Below, piece after piece: positions 8,015-17,625 of a DNA stretch of 32,000 nucleotides. The notes under the pieces are model-generated. The model was not told the DNA's origin. It worked only from the letters and a program-made list of their open reading frames with translations, and ran no database searches. Both the position numbers and the translations under genes were made by a program. Source of the stretch: Staphylothermus marinus F1 (lineage in GTDB: Archaea; Thermoproteota; Thermoprotei_A; Sulfolobales; Desulfurococcaceae); assembly GCF_000015945.1 (NCBI RefSeq), contig NC_009033.1:690001-722000 (forward strand), in the 5' to 3' direction. Numbering within the stretch: the first letter of the stretch is position 1; every line of letters starts with the position of its first letter.

Positions 8015-8290
8015 TTGTTAGTATATTTTAACTATTTTGAATCTTTGGAAACCCTCGTTGTCTAAATATATTTTGGCTACTAAGCTCACATTACGCTGTC
8101 TACGAATATTCTATTGTTGAGCATTCTGTGTGATTTTAAATAGTTGATATAAGGTCTCGATTGCTTCCTTAGTATAAAGAGGTTAAAAATTCCTAGTTTA
8201 AGAATGGGTAGTTGCTTAAAATAATATTTACAATTATAAATCAAAATATATTGGTTGTGGGGAAAACTAGAGGATTAGAAATGTGATAAT

Positions 8291-9337
8291 ATGGTTTATG
8301 AGAAAGAATATGTTAAGCCTAGCCCGTTTTATGAAGTATATGATGAGAAAAAGAAGATTATTAGGTGCACGGTATGTGAGAGAAGATGCGTATTAGCGCC
8401 TGGATTAACGGGTATTTGTTGGAATCATAAAAATATTGGTGGTAAACTATATAATATAGCGTATGGATTGCTCAGTGCTGTTGAGCCTAGACCTATAGAG
8501 ATCAAGCCATTATTTCACTACTACCCTAATAGTATAGCATTAACGTTTTCTGGTTGGGGATGCAATTTTCGTTGCCCATGGTGTCAGAATTACCACATTA
8601 GTTGGAGTAAGCCAGACCCAGATAAATCAATCTATATGGAGCCGAGAAAACTAGTTGAGCTAGCTAAGAAACTAAAAAATCACGGGTTATGTGCAAGTTT
8701 TAATGAACCAACTATTCATTTAGAATATCTCCTCGACGTAGGCGAATATGCTGTTAAACAAGGATTATATTTGACCATGGTAACAAATGGGTATATGACT
8801 CTTAAAACAATTAAATACTTGTTAAGACACGGCTACACAGGGTTCAGCATTGATATCAAAGGTTGCCCCTATACATATAAAAAGTATCTATCAGCTAACC
8901 CGCTCATAATATATAGGAATACAAAAACAATACTGGATCACGGCGGTCATGCGGAAATGGTTTACCTAGTTGTTCCGAAAGCTAATGATTGGAGAGAATG
9001 TTATGAATGGATAATTGATAATCACCTTAAATATCTAGGGGAAAATGTTCCATTACATATTAACAGGTATTATCCAGCAAACAAATACTATGAACCCCCG
9101 ACGAATATATCCAAACTAGTAGAGATCAAGCGTGAAGCGGAGAAAGCTGGAATAGATTACGTGTATATAGGGAATACTCCATACGAAGAATACGAGTATA
9201 CACGATGTCCTAGATGTGGTAAAGTATTAATTGTTAGAAGAAACTATAGAGTTATCAAGTGGAATCTGACAAAAGATCATCGTTGTCCCAGATGCGGATA
9301 CAAGATCAATATCTATGGAGAATATATACATAAGTAA
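8291..9337 (+). CDS. amrS: Radical SAM enzyme, AmmeMemoRadiSam-system type (PflA-like activase family)
   Basis: 348-aa ORF. It has an N-terminal auxiliary Cys cluster CTVCERRCVLAPGLTGIC, the radical SAM motif CNFRCPWCQN and a C-terminal CPRCG...CPRCG zinc ribbon. Confidence 0.8.
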   Translation: MVYEKEYVKPSPFYEVYDEKKKIIRCTVCERRCVLAPGLTGICWNHKNIGGKLYNIAYGLLSAVEPRPIEIKPLFHYYPNSIALTFSGWGCNFRCPWCQNYHISWSKPDPDKSIYMEPRKLVELAKKLKNHGLCASFNEPTIHLEYLLDVGEYAVKQGLYLTMVTNGYMTLKTIKYLLRHGYTGFSIDIKGCPYTYKKYLSANPLIIYRNTKTILDHGGHAEMVYLVVPKANDWRECYEWIIDNHLKYLGENVPLHINRYYPANKYYEPPTNISKLVEIKREAEKAGIDYVYIGNTPYEEYEYTRCPRCGKVLIVRRNYRVIKWNLTKDHRCPRCGYKINIYGEYIHK

Positions 9338-9369
9338 AATAAATACATGTAAACCAAATCGATAGATTT

Positions 9370-10722
9370 ATGTGTTCTAGGTACATATATGTAAAAGTAT
9401 ACAAAGCCGTAGAAGAGGGTTATGGTTTGAAAGCTATAACACGTATGGGTATGGCTATTTTAATAGTAGTTATAATTGCTATAGCATTAGCTGGAGTATA
9501 CTATTATACCACACAAACGGCTCCGCAAACTACCAAAACAACAACCACACAATCAACAACGCCTACTACAACTACAGCTACAACTACAACTACTCAACAA
9601 GCTAAAAAGATCAAGGTTGCAGTGGTATTTGATGTTGGTGGAAGAGGAGATCTAAGCTTTAATGATATGGCATATCTTGGAGCAGAGAGAGCTAAGCAGG
9701 AGCTCGGTGTTGATGTAGAATATTTAACTCCTAAATCACTAAATGATATGCAGCCACTCCTAGAACAACTAAGTAAGAGCCACGAATACGACGTTATAAT
9801 TCTCATAGGCTTCCTATGGACCGATCCATTAAATAAGACCGCCGACAAGTATCCTGATCAAAAATATGCATTAATAGATTCCACAACAGGTGTTGTGAGA
9901 AACAATGAGGTAGACATGCTTTTCCGCGAACAAGAATGTGCAAGCCTTATAGGAATACTAGCATCTGCGATGGCATATCAATTAAACGGATCAACAGTTG
10001 GTGCTGTTGCTGGAATGGATATTCCTCCATTATGGAAGTTCCATATAGGATACCTATTCGGAGTAAAATATTTTGAGATGAAGACGGGTAAGAAAGTAAA
10101 CTTTCTCTGGCAATACACAGGCACATTTACTGATCCACAAAAAGGATACCAGACCGCGATGCAGATGCTGCAACAAGGAGCAAAAGTCCTATATGGAGTA
10201 GCCGGTCTCACACATCTAGGAATGTTTGACGCAGTTATTGATTGGAACGAGAAAGGATATGGTAAAGCCTTTGCTATAGGACAAGATGCTAGCCAGGAAT
10301 GGTATAATCCAAACTATATACCATTAAGCGGTGCTAAAAGAGTAGATGTCGCAGTATATACTGTTATAAAAATGGTTGTTGATGGAACATGGAAAGGAGG
10401 AATACATACACTAGGACTTAAAGAGGGCGGTGTAGGAATCTGGGATCTGGACGGTGTTAAATATTTTGCTAAAATAGCATACAATGAGGGCAAGCTACCA
10501 AAGGGACTAACTCCTGATGACGTTGTTAGAATAGTTAACCAGACGAGACACAAGTACATACCCCAGTATGCATGGAATCTAGTCAATGACTTAGAACAGA
10601 AGATTAAGAATGGCGAAATAGTGTTTAAGACCCCGCAGACACATGAGGAATATGATCATATTATCCAAGAGCTCTTGCAAGGAAACTTAAATGCAGCACT
10701 GGAGAAGGGAAGTGTTAGCTAA
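9370..10722 (+). CDS. BMP-family (PnrA/Med-like) ABC transporter substrate-binding protein, membrane-anchored through an N-terminal TM helix and a Thr-rich linker
   Basis: 450-aa ORF, with a likely true start at ATG 9444 (MGMAILIVVIIAIALAG). The linker is TTKTTTTQSTTPTTTTATTTTTQQ. The core has VAVVFDVGGRGDLSFND, FGVKY and IGQD, typical of basic membrane protein family binding proteins. Confidence 0.85.
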   Translation: MCSRYIYVKVYKAVEEGYGLKAITRMGMAILIVVIIAIALAGVYYYTTQTAPQTTKTTTTQSTTPTTTTATTTTTQQAKKIKVAVVFDVGGRGDLSFNDMAYLGAERAKQELGVDVEYLTPKSLNDMQPLLEQLSKSHEYDVIILIGFLWTDPLNKTADKYPDQKYALIDSTTGVVRNNEVDMLFREQECASLIGILASAMAYQLNGSTVGAVAGMDIPPLWKFHIGYLFGVKYFEMKTGKKVNFLWQYTGTFTDPQKGYQTAMQMLQQGAKVLYGVAGLTHLGMFDAVIDWNEKGYGKAFAIGQDASQEWYNPNYIPLSGAKRVDVAVYTVIKMVVDGTWKGGIHTLGLKEGGVGIWDLDGVKYFAKIAYNEGKLPKGLTPDDVVRIVNQTRHKYIPQYAWNLVNDLEQKIKNGEIVFKTPQTHEEYDHIIQELLQGNLNAALEKGSVS

Positions 10723-10861
10723 GAAGTCTTCTCATCCAATTAAAATACTCAATAAAATATTTTTATTCTCACTTCATTAAATACTTATACCTTGTAATTT
10801 AAGTGATTACCCGGTTAAATTATTGTTTAAATTTCGATCTAAGGAGGTTTGATGCATAGAT

Positions 10862-12373
10862 ATGTCTGAAAAATATGCTGTGGAGATGGAGGATATTCAT
10901 AAAGTATATCCTGATGGAGTAGTTGCTTTAAAAGGAGTTGATTTTAGAGTTAAAAAAGGAGAAATACATGGTTTGCTCGGCGAAAATGGTGCCGGGAAAA
11001 CCACTCTTATGAGAATATTATATGGTGAAATAAAGCCTACTAGAGGAAAGATAAAGGTTTTCGGTGAAGAAGTAAGTTTCCATGGTCCATGGGATGCTAT
11101 AGCGAAAGGTATAGGAATGGTTTATCAACACTTTACACTTGTCCCCACATTTACTGTCGAAGAAAACCTGTATCTGAGCCTACTTAGTATAAATCCGAAA
11201 GCAACTATAAATGAAGCAATTGAAAAAGCTAAAAAAGCTATAGAAGCTACAGGTTTAAAGATACCGTTTAATGAAGTCATAGAAGATCTGCCTATAGGTG
11301 TTCAACAAAGAGTAGAAATAATAAAAGCATTGATTCGAGACGCTAAAATACTTATTCTCGACGAACCCACTAGTGTATTGACGCCTATAGAGGTACGCGA
11401 ATTATTCAAAGCATTGAAAAAGATGAAATCTATGGGCATAACAATTATTTTTATTACTCATAAACTCAAAGAAGTATTGGAGATTACTGATCGAATAACT
11501 GTTCTTAGAAGAGGAAAAGTTGTTGGAACAGTAGAAACAAGTAAGGTTGATGAAAAAACACTTGCTAGAATGATGGTTCAGAGAGAAGTAGTGTTTAAAA
11601 TTGAGAAGAAACCAGGCAAGTATGGTAGGGAGACTCTAGTAATCAACGATCTATATGTTAATGATGATAGAGGATTACCTGCTGTAAAAGGTGTTTCGTT
11701 AGCGATTAGAGAGGGAGAAATACTTGGGTTAGCCGGCGTTCAAGGTAATGGGCAGAGAGAACTTGCTGAAGCTGTTGCTGGTATAAGGCCTGTTGTTCGT
11801 GGAAAAATAGTTTTCGATGGGAAAGATGTCACGAATCTAGATGCATATAATAGATATAAGATCGGTATCGCATATGTTCCTGATTCTAGAAAAATTGGCC
11901 TTATAGGAGAAATGAGCATTGTTGAAAACGTTGTTCTCACAAATCTGTATAGAGTACTAAGTAGAAAGTTTAGAATGATAAGTTGGGGAAAGGCTTCAAG
12001 TATTGCAGATGAAGTGGTTAGGAAGCTTGAAGTAGTTGCGCCAAGTATTAATGCTCCGATTAAGTACTTGAGCGGCGGTAATCAACAGAAAGTAATGGTT
12101 GGCAGAGAGATTGTTCGTGAACCTAAGGTTTTCATTGTTGCAGAGCCTACGCAGGGATTAGATGTTGCAGCAACAGAGTTTATTAGGAAAACTCTTCTCT
12201 CGCTACGAGACCGTGGTAAAGCAGTTTTATTGATATCGACTGATCTAGATGAGATTCTTCAGTTAAGTGATCGGATAGCTGTTATATATGAAGGTAAAAT
12301 CATGGCTGTAGGTAAGCCTGAAGAGTTTACACTTGAGAGACTGGGCTTGTTAATGGGTGGTGTTCATGGCTAA
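10862..12373 (+). CDS. ABC transporter ATP-binding protein with duplicated ATPase domains (sugar/nucleoside uptake type)
   Basis: 503-aa ORF. Walker A is GENGAGKTT, the signatures are LPIGVQQRVEI and LSGGNQQKV, and Walker B is ILILDEPT/VFIVAEPT. An AGGAGG sequence lies upstream. Confidence 0.9.
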   Translation: MSEKYAVEMEDIHKVYPDGVVALKGVDFRVKKGEIHGLLGENGAGKTTLMRILYGEIKPTRGKIKVFGEEVSFHGPWDAIAKGIGMVYQHFTLVPTFTVEENLYLSLLSINPKATINEAIEKAKKAIEATGLKIPFNEVIEDLPIGVQQRVEIIKALIRDAKILILDEPTSVLTPIEVRELFKALKKMKSMGITIIFITHKLKEVLEITDRITVLRRGKVVGTVETSKVDEKTLARMMVQREVVFKIEKKPGKYGRETLVINDLYVNDDRGLPAVKGVSLAIREGEILGLAGVQGNGQRELAEAVAGIRPVVRGKIVFDGKDVTNLDAYNRYKIGIAYVPDSRKIGLIGEMSIVENVVLTNLYRVLSRKFRMISWGKASSIADEVVRKLEVVAPSINAPIKYLSGGNQQKVMVGREIVREPKVFIVAEPTQGLDVAATEFIRKTLLSLRDRGKAVLLISTDLDEILQLSDRIAVIYEGKIMAVGKPEEFTLERLGLLMGGVHG

Positions 12374-13403
12374 TCTACTAAGTCGTTTCATCGAGAAAAT
12401 ACGTATTAAATGGGCAGATTACATAATTGGAGCGTTGGAAATAATTTTATCGGCTCTAATAGGCTTCTTAGTCGCTGGATTAGTATTGTGGGGTCTAGGA
12501 TATGATCCTTCGAGAGCGTTCTCGATAATGATAAGTTATGGATACTCTGACCCAGTATATTTGATTGCTAAGGCAACACCTTTGATAATGACTGGTCTAG
12601 CATTTTCCATTCCATTATTAGCGGGTGTATTTAATATTGGTGGTGAAAGCCAACTATATCTTGGAGCATTAGCTGGTTTATTGACTGCATACTATACTGG
12701 TAACTGGTTCTTAGCTATTATAGCTGGGTTCATAGCTGGTGCTTTATGGGGCGGGTTAATAGCTGTGCTTAGAATATATAGGGGAATAAATGAGGTAATC
12801 ACAGCTATAATGCTTAACTGGATAGCATACTATACAATTATTTACCTAGTCATAAAGTATTTTGCAAATCCTGTACTGCCTCAACAAAGCGTCGAAGTTC
12901 CTCCCTCGGCACAGTTATCGCCGTGGATAGGGTTTTTACTTGGAATAATAGGTGTTGTGATAATTTATTATCTATTATACTATACTGATATAGGATATAA
13001 GATGAGAGTATCAGGTTTATCTCCTAGATCAGCTAAGTATGCTGGTTTCAACCCTATAACATCTATTCTATACTCAATGCTTATAGGAGGAGGAATGGCA
13101 GGGTATGGTGGAGCATTACTAGTATTAGCTGTTAGCCGCAGCATAGATGTAACAATGTCGACTCTATATGGATTAGGATTCACCGGTATCGGTGTTGGTT
13201 TGCTCGGCAGGAATCATCCAATAGGCATAGTGTTTTCTGCTCTATTCTTCGCCGGACTAATAATTGGTGGGCAATTCGTTGAATTAAAAACAGGTGCTCC
13301 ACCCATGTTATCTGATGCAATTACCGGTACAATTGTGATTGCCTTATCAGCTCCATACGCTTATAGGGTTCTCATAAGGTATTTTGGGGGGAGAGGAAAA
13401 TGA
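12357..13403 (+). CDS. ABC transporter permease (BMP-system, first permease)
   Basis: 348-aa polytopic membrane ORF that overlaps the ATPase stop and abuts the second permease, in typical operon order. Confidence 0.85.
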   Translation: MVFMANLLSRFIEKIRIKWADYIIGALEIILSALIGFLVAGLVLWGLGYDPSRAFSIMISYGYSDPVYLIAKATPLIMTGLAFSIPLLAGVFNIGGESQLYLGALAGLLTAYYTGNWFLAIIAGFIAGALWGGLIAVLRIYRGINEVITAIMLNWIAYYTIIYLVIKYFANPVLPQQSVEVPPSAQLSPWIGFLLGIIGVVIIYYLLYYTDIGYKMRVSGLSPRSAKYAGFNPITSILYSMLIGGGMAGYGGALLVLAVSRSIDVTMSTLYGLGFTGIGVGLLGRNHPIGIVFSALFFAGLIIGGQFVELKTGAPPMLSDAITGTIVIALSAPYAYRVLIRYFGGRGK

Positions 13404-14326
13404 TTGAGGACGTTATTAATCTTTTATCAGCTACATTATTCTCTATGACACCTATACTATTAGCTGCAACAGGAGAGATAATTACTGAGAAGGCTGGAGT
13501 TGTTAATATCGGGTTAGAAGGAATATTTATTGTATCAAGTTTCTCAGCAGCTGTTGCAACTCTAGTGTTAGGTAATAATCCATTGCTTGGATTATCGATT
13601 GGAGCATTTATTGGTTTATTAGCAGGGGTTCTCCACGGGATCATAAGTGTTTATCTGCGTGGTGACCAAATAATTGCTGGTGTTGGATTCAATAGTTTTG
13701 CTTATGGTATAAGTGTTCTTGGAATGATAGGGTTATGGGGAAGCTATTCTAGCAGTCCTACTGTGAATAAGATGCAAAACATACAGTTATCTATGGCTAA
13801 AAATACTGTATTAACAATTCCGCCTTTAGCGTTACTAGCTATACTCGTAGGTATTATTGCTTGGTGGTTTCTAGAGAAGACTAAGTGGGGATTAAGGCTT
13901 AGAGCATGTGGTGAGGAGCCTAGAGCAGCTGAAGCTATGGGTGTAAATGTTTTCAGGACAAGATTCTATGCTACAGTAATTGGCGGTACACTTACAGGTA
14001 TAGGTGGTGCATTCCTAGTTGTAGGATGGCTTGGATCATTTATTAAAACAATATCTGCTGGCAGAGGCTTTATAGCTTTAGCAATAGTTGCATTCTCTAA
14101 CTGGAACCCGTTAATGGCTATTCTAGGTGCTTTCATATTCGGGTTCTTCGATGCCTTATCAACGTATTTACCATTAAAAATACAAAGTATAACAGGACAA
14201 CAATTTACTGCTGAAGCAAACCTGTTCCTAACAATACCATATATTGCAACACTAGTTATAGTGGCAGCAATAATGAAGCGTGTCAAAATGCCTAGAGCAC
14301 TTGGAAAACCATATATTAAAGAATAG
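13400..14326 (+). CDS. ABC transporter permease (BMP-system, second permease)
   Basis: 308-aa polytopic membrane ORF. Its ATGA overlap with the preceding permease suggests translational coupling. Confidence 0.85.
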   Translation: MIEDVINLLSATLFSMTPILLAATGEIITEKAGVVNIGLEGIFIVSSFSAAVATLVLGNNPLLGLSIGAFIGLLAGVLHGIISVYLRGDQIIAGVGFNSFAYGISVLGMIGLWGSYSSSPTVNKMQNIQLSMAKNTVLTIPPLALLAILVGIIAWWFLEKTKWGLRLRACGEEPRAAEAMGVNVFRTRFYATVIGGTLTGIGGAFLVVGWLGSFIKTISAGRGFIALAIVAFSNWNPLMAILGAFIFGFFDALSTYLPLKIQSITGQQFTAEANLFLTIPYIATLVIVAAIMKRVKMPRALGKPYIKE

Positions 14327-14336
14327 AGCGGTAAAA

Positions 14337-15338
14337 CTATATTTCTAATTGAACCTTCACATTTTCTCTTCTAAAACCAGCTTCAAAGGCTTCTATCCCC
14401 TTCTCCAAGGGATAGACAGCTGTTATAAGTTCTCTAACCTTAACAAGTCTTTTACGTAGAAGCATAATTGCTTTATCGAAGGGGCCGCATCTACTACCAA
14501 CTATTCTGACTTCTTTAACAACCATTAATGTATAATTAAATGATACATTGGATCCATGGGTTGATTTAGCAGCTATTACGCCTCTAGGTCTGGTTAGTTT
14601 TAAAGCCATATCTAATCCTTTATAACTACCTGTAGCTTCAACAACATAATCGAATCCCTGTCCCTCGGGAGTGTGTTGCTTCATGTATTCTAGTGCTTCT
14701 TCATACGTTAATACTTCATCTGCTCCAACCATGTATGCATATTTTATCTTTGGAGAATCTCTACGAGCAATAGCGACTATTTTGTCTGGATGAAACAATT
14801 TCAAGACCTGAATAGATAATAGGCCTATAGGCCCTATACCGAGTACTGCAATGTTTGATAACGGCTCCACCCTCTGCATCTCGATCATTTCAACAACTGC
14901 TGCTAAGGGCTCAATAAAAGCTATGATGTCAAAATCTAAATCATCAACTACATGTATGAGATCTTTCCTAGTCAATACATATTCTGCCATGCCCCCGTCA
15001 CGAGTGATCCCTATTGTTTCTCTGTAGGGGCAATGAGTATACATTCCATGGCGGCAATACCAGCATTTTCCACAATAAACATTGATTTCTGTAGTTACCT
15101 TATGTCCTATGAGTGAATCGGGAGCATTTTCACCGACCATATCGATTATACCAGCAATTTCATGGCCTGGAATCAATGGTTTCTTCATTAATTTATATGT
15201 GCCCTTGTAGAATGCTTTATCTGTTCCACAAATACCTATTCGTTTAACTCTTATACGGACCCAATCATTTTTAGGTATGGGATCATCTACTTCTTCAAGC
15301 CTTAGATCATAGGGGCCATGTAAGACTAGTGCTTTCAA
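14337..15338 (-). CDS. Zn-dependent medium-chain alcohol/polyol dehydrogenase (threonine/sorbitol dehydrogenase-like)
   Basis: 333-aa ORF with GICGTDKAFYKG, GHEIAG, the structural-zinc motif CGKCWYCRHGMYTHC and the NAD-binding motif GIGPIGLL. Confidence 0.85.
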   Translation of the reverse strand: MKALVLHGPYDLRLEEVDDPIPKNDWVRIRVKRIGICGTDKAFYKGTYKLMKKPLIPGHEIAGIIDMVGENAPDSLIGHKVTTEINVYCGKCWYCRHGMYTHCPYRETIGITRDGGMAEYVLTRKDLIHVVDDLDFDIIAFIEPLAAVVEMIEMQRVEPLSNIAVLGIGPIGLLSIQVLKLFHPDKIVAIARRDSPKIKYAYMVGADEVLTYEEALEYMKQHTPEGQGFDYVVEATGSYKGLDMALKLTRPRGVIAAKSTHGSNVSFNYTLMVVKEVRIVGSRCGPFDKAIMLLRKRLVKVRELITAVYPLEKGIEAFEAGFRRENVKVQLEI

Positions 15339-15422
15339 AACTATTCTCCCACCATATTCTTATTATGGCTACTACATTATTACTTCCCGGTTTAAAGTTA
15401 TTATTTGTGGTGAATAGATGAT

Positions 15423-16139
15423 ATGAAGCCTGCTCTTCTAAAAGATGTTGCAGGGGTTAGTGATCTAGTTATTGTAATGGGTGATCCTGATAGAGTATAC
15501 TTATTATCAACATTGCTGGAAAACCCCAAGATCATATATGATAGGAGAGGAATAGTTGTTGTTAATGGAGAATATAAGGGTAGAAAAATAACACTTGCCA
15601 GCCACGGTATTGGTTGTCCAATGGCATCAATTATATTGGAGGAACTGGGTATGCTTGGTGCTAAAACAATTATTAGAATAGGCACAGCTGGCTCACTTGT
15701 TGAAAACATTGGTTTAGGCGATATTGTGTTAGTAGCGGGGGCTGGGTACATGCTTAATGGGTGTGGAAACAATATGTATTCTCCCGAAATAAATGGAGGA
15801 ACAAGCCCAGATCCTCTACTGCTCAGCGAAATCTATCATTATTTATCACATTATAATATTAAGCCACATATTGGACTAGTATTTACAAGCGATGCATTCT
15901 ATGCGGAAGAAAATATAATTGATAAACTAACCAATAAAGGATTCATCGCTGTTGATATGGAGACAGCAATTCTATACATGCTTGGATGGATGAGGAAGTG
16001 GAGGACACTATCAATACTGGTAGTAAGCAACAGCCTCGTGAAGAAAACACCGTTGCTTACAACATATGAGCTCGCAGAGAAGTTTGTTGAACTAGCAAAA
16101 CTAGTATTAGAATATCTTGCAAGAAACACTCAGCACTAA
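15423..16139 (+). CDS. Nucleoside phosphorylase, PNP/UDP family 1 (uridine or purine nucleoside phosphorylase)
   Basis: 238-aa ORF with GDPDRV, SHGIGCPMASIILEEL, RIGTAGS and AVDMETA, the hallmarks of the DeoD/Udp family. Confidence 0.8.
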   Translation: MKPALLKDVAGVSDLVIVMGDPDRVYLLSTLLENPKIIYDRRGIVVVNGEYKGRKITLASHGIGCPMASIILEELGMLGAKTIIRIGTAGSLVENIGLGDIVLVAGAGYMLNGCGNNMYSPEINGGTSPDPLLLSEIYHYLSHYNIKPHIGLVFTSDAFYAEENIIDKLTNKGFIAVDMETAILYMLGWMRKWRTLSILVVSNSLVKKTPLLTTYELAEKFVELAKLVLEYLARNTQH

Positions 16140-16302
16140 ATACTGTGTTCACAAACACACAGACATACCTGATCCAGCAATGCTTTGGCTTAGATGATGC
16201 TTCAAAAAACTATCCAAGCCATTATTCTTCCCGAAACAATATTTTAGCTTTATATAAATAATACATGATTTATTAAAGATGATTAGTAATGGGTGAGGAT
16301 AT

Positions 16303-17541
16303 ATGAATTCACGTCATTGGCTCATGGTCGTGCTTGATACATTGCTTATAGCTGTTGGTCTAGGAACTCTTACTATGATGAGTGTTGCTAAGCCCGAGAT
16401 CATGTCTTTTTTCGGTGTTGATGAGAAACTATATGATCTACAATACATATCATATGCAGCCGGGCTCTTCGTAGCTTTTTTCCTCGGCCATACAAGACTG
16501 TATGAGGGGGGCTTTAAGAAGGATGTATTATTAGCTGTGAGCTTTGCCGCAATCCCACAGTTCCTGATCCCATTGATCAGATGGTGGAGCGTTGTTGTTA
16601 TTCTAAGATTCATACAAGGATTCATTCTCAGCCTCATACCATTATTCAGCGTGCAAGTGGGTAAGTATTTTCTGGCTGAGAGACCCTTTGCTAAAGGAAT
16701 AATATTATCAGGCATTTTCTGGGGAGGATTTCTAGGAGCATTTACTGCTGGATCCCTTATGCAACTAGTTGATTGGAGAACAACATTTATTTTAACAGCT
16801 GTTCTAATGTATGTGATGCTTATAATATGGTGGATTCCAGCAGAGGACTTCACATTAATACGTGAAAGCAGAGGAGAGAAAAGAACAAATAATGTTTGGA
16901 AAATAAAGTTTACATGGATTATGGGGTTCACGTTCTTTCCGGCTATATGGGTTATATTCACAATAGCGGGGTTCTCAGCATCTCTGGGATATAGTATTGG
17001 TTGGTCGAAGAGCCAAGTATCCATGATCAGTAGTCACCTCAACATTGCTTTAGCTATATGGTCAATAGTGTTCGGCTACATAGGATATCAGTTGTCAAAG
17101 AAAAACACTAGTCCACGAGGACTATTTAGGGCAATAATAATAGTTATGCTTATATCTTACACTTTGTCATTCATAGGCTTGCTCCTATACAGCTACGCCA
17201 TGCTCACTGGAAACTATGTATTAGCACTAATAACAGTCTGGATTGTTGGAACAATACAGGGTACAGGCCCAGCATTCTGGACAACAGCACCAGCGACTTA
17301 TCCGAAGGAAATATTTCCCAAAGCATCTTTCGCACTAGGCGTAATATCCAATGCACCAAACCTCATAGCTCCAACAATAACAGAGCTTCTAGCTCAGATA
17401 TCAAATATTCTAGCATTAAGCGAGTTAACAGCTATGCCAGTTATAGGAATAATAATACTAGTAATAACACTACATACTACGCTACCAATAGAAGAATTGA
17501 GAAAACAACTTCTACATCAACAAACCAATAAACAAGATTGA
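16303..17541 (+). CDS. Major facilitator superfamily transporter
   Basis: 412-aa ORF with about 12 predicted hydrophobic segments and a central hydrophilic loop (RESRGEKRTNN). The substrate is unknown. Confidence 0.7.
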   Translation: MNSRHWLMVVLDTLLIAVGLGTLTMMSVAKPEIMSFFGVDEKLYDLQYISYAAGLFVAFFLGHTRLYEGGFKKDVLLAVSFAAIPQFLIPLIRWWSVVVILRFIQGFILSLIPLFSVQVGKYFLAERPFAKGIILSGIFWGGFLGAFTAGSLMQLVDWRTTFILTAVLMYVMLIIWWIPAEDFTLIRESRGEKRTNNVWKIKFTWIMGFTFFPAIWVIFTIAGFSASLGYSIGWSKSQVSMISSHLNIALAIWSIVFGYIGYQLSKKNTSPRGLFRAIIIVMLISYTLSFIGLLLYSYAMLTGNYVLALITVWIVGTIQGTGPAFWTTAPATYPKEIFPKASFALGVISNAPNLIAPTITELLAQISNILALSELTAMPVIGIIILVITLHTTLPIEELRKQLLHQQTNKQD

Positions 17542-17625
17542 TAAGAAAAACAAAAACACTACTAGATCCTCTACAAGACTGAAAAATGTATTGATAAGGT
17601 TTTCATGGTTTTTAGGCGATAATCC

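Noticed and set aside
8291-9337. An AmmeMemoRadiSam-type radical SAM gene without adjacent AMMECR1 or MEMO1 homologs, considered as an orphan system
   Set aside because: The three genes of this system are often dispersed in archaeal genomes. Absence from a 32-kb window is not evidence of anything unusual.
9535-9600. Repetitive ACN-rich DNA here, and likewise at about 29790-29850 and 30200-30260, which could be mistaken for tandem repeats or a CRISPR-like array
   Set aside because: These are in-frame poly-Thr linker codons of the binding protein and the surface protein. They show no repeat-spacer periodicity.
16314-17024. A 236-aa ORF on the minus strand, entirely antisense to the MFS transporter gene
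   Set aside because: It is a shadow ORF of a confidently membrane-protein-coding plus-strand gene. Its translation is low-complexity (Ser/Pro/Thr/Ile-rich) with no recognisable motif. The same reasoning applies to the other antisense ORFs in the track: 714-989, 1509-1709, 2566-3081, 3085-3351, 5949-6137, 6435-6626, 9594-9848, 9978-10211, 10314-10586, 11740-11940, 12980-13183, 13372-13644, 13966-14286, 15401-15772, 15899-16129, 18117-18347, 18783-18995, 20262-20528, 20995-21177, 21424-21702, 22161-22442, 23144-23326, 24827-25123, 25451-25819, 26959-27153 and 28330-28557.
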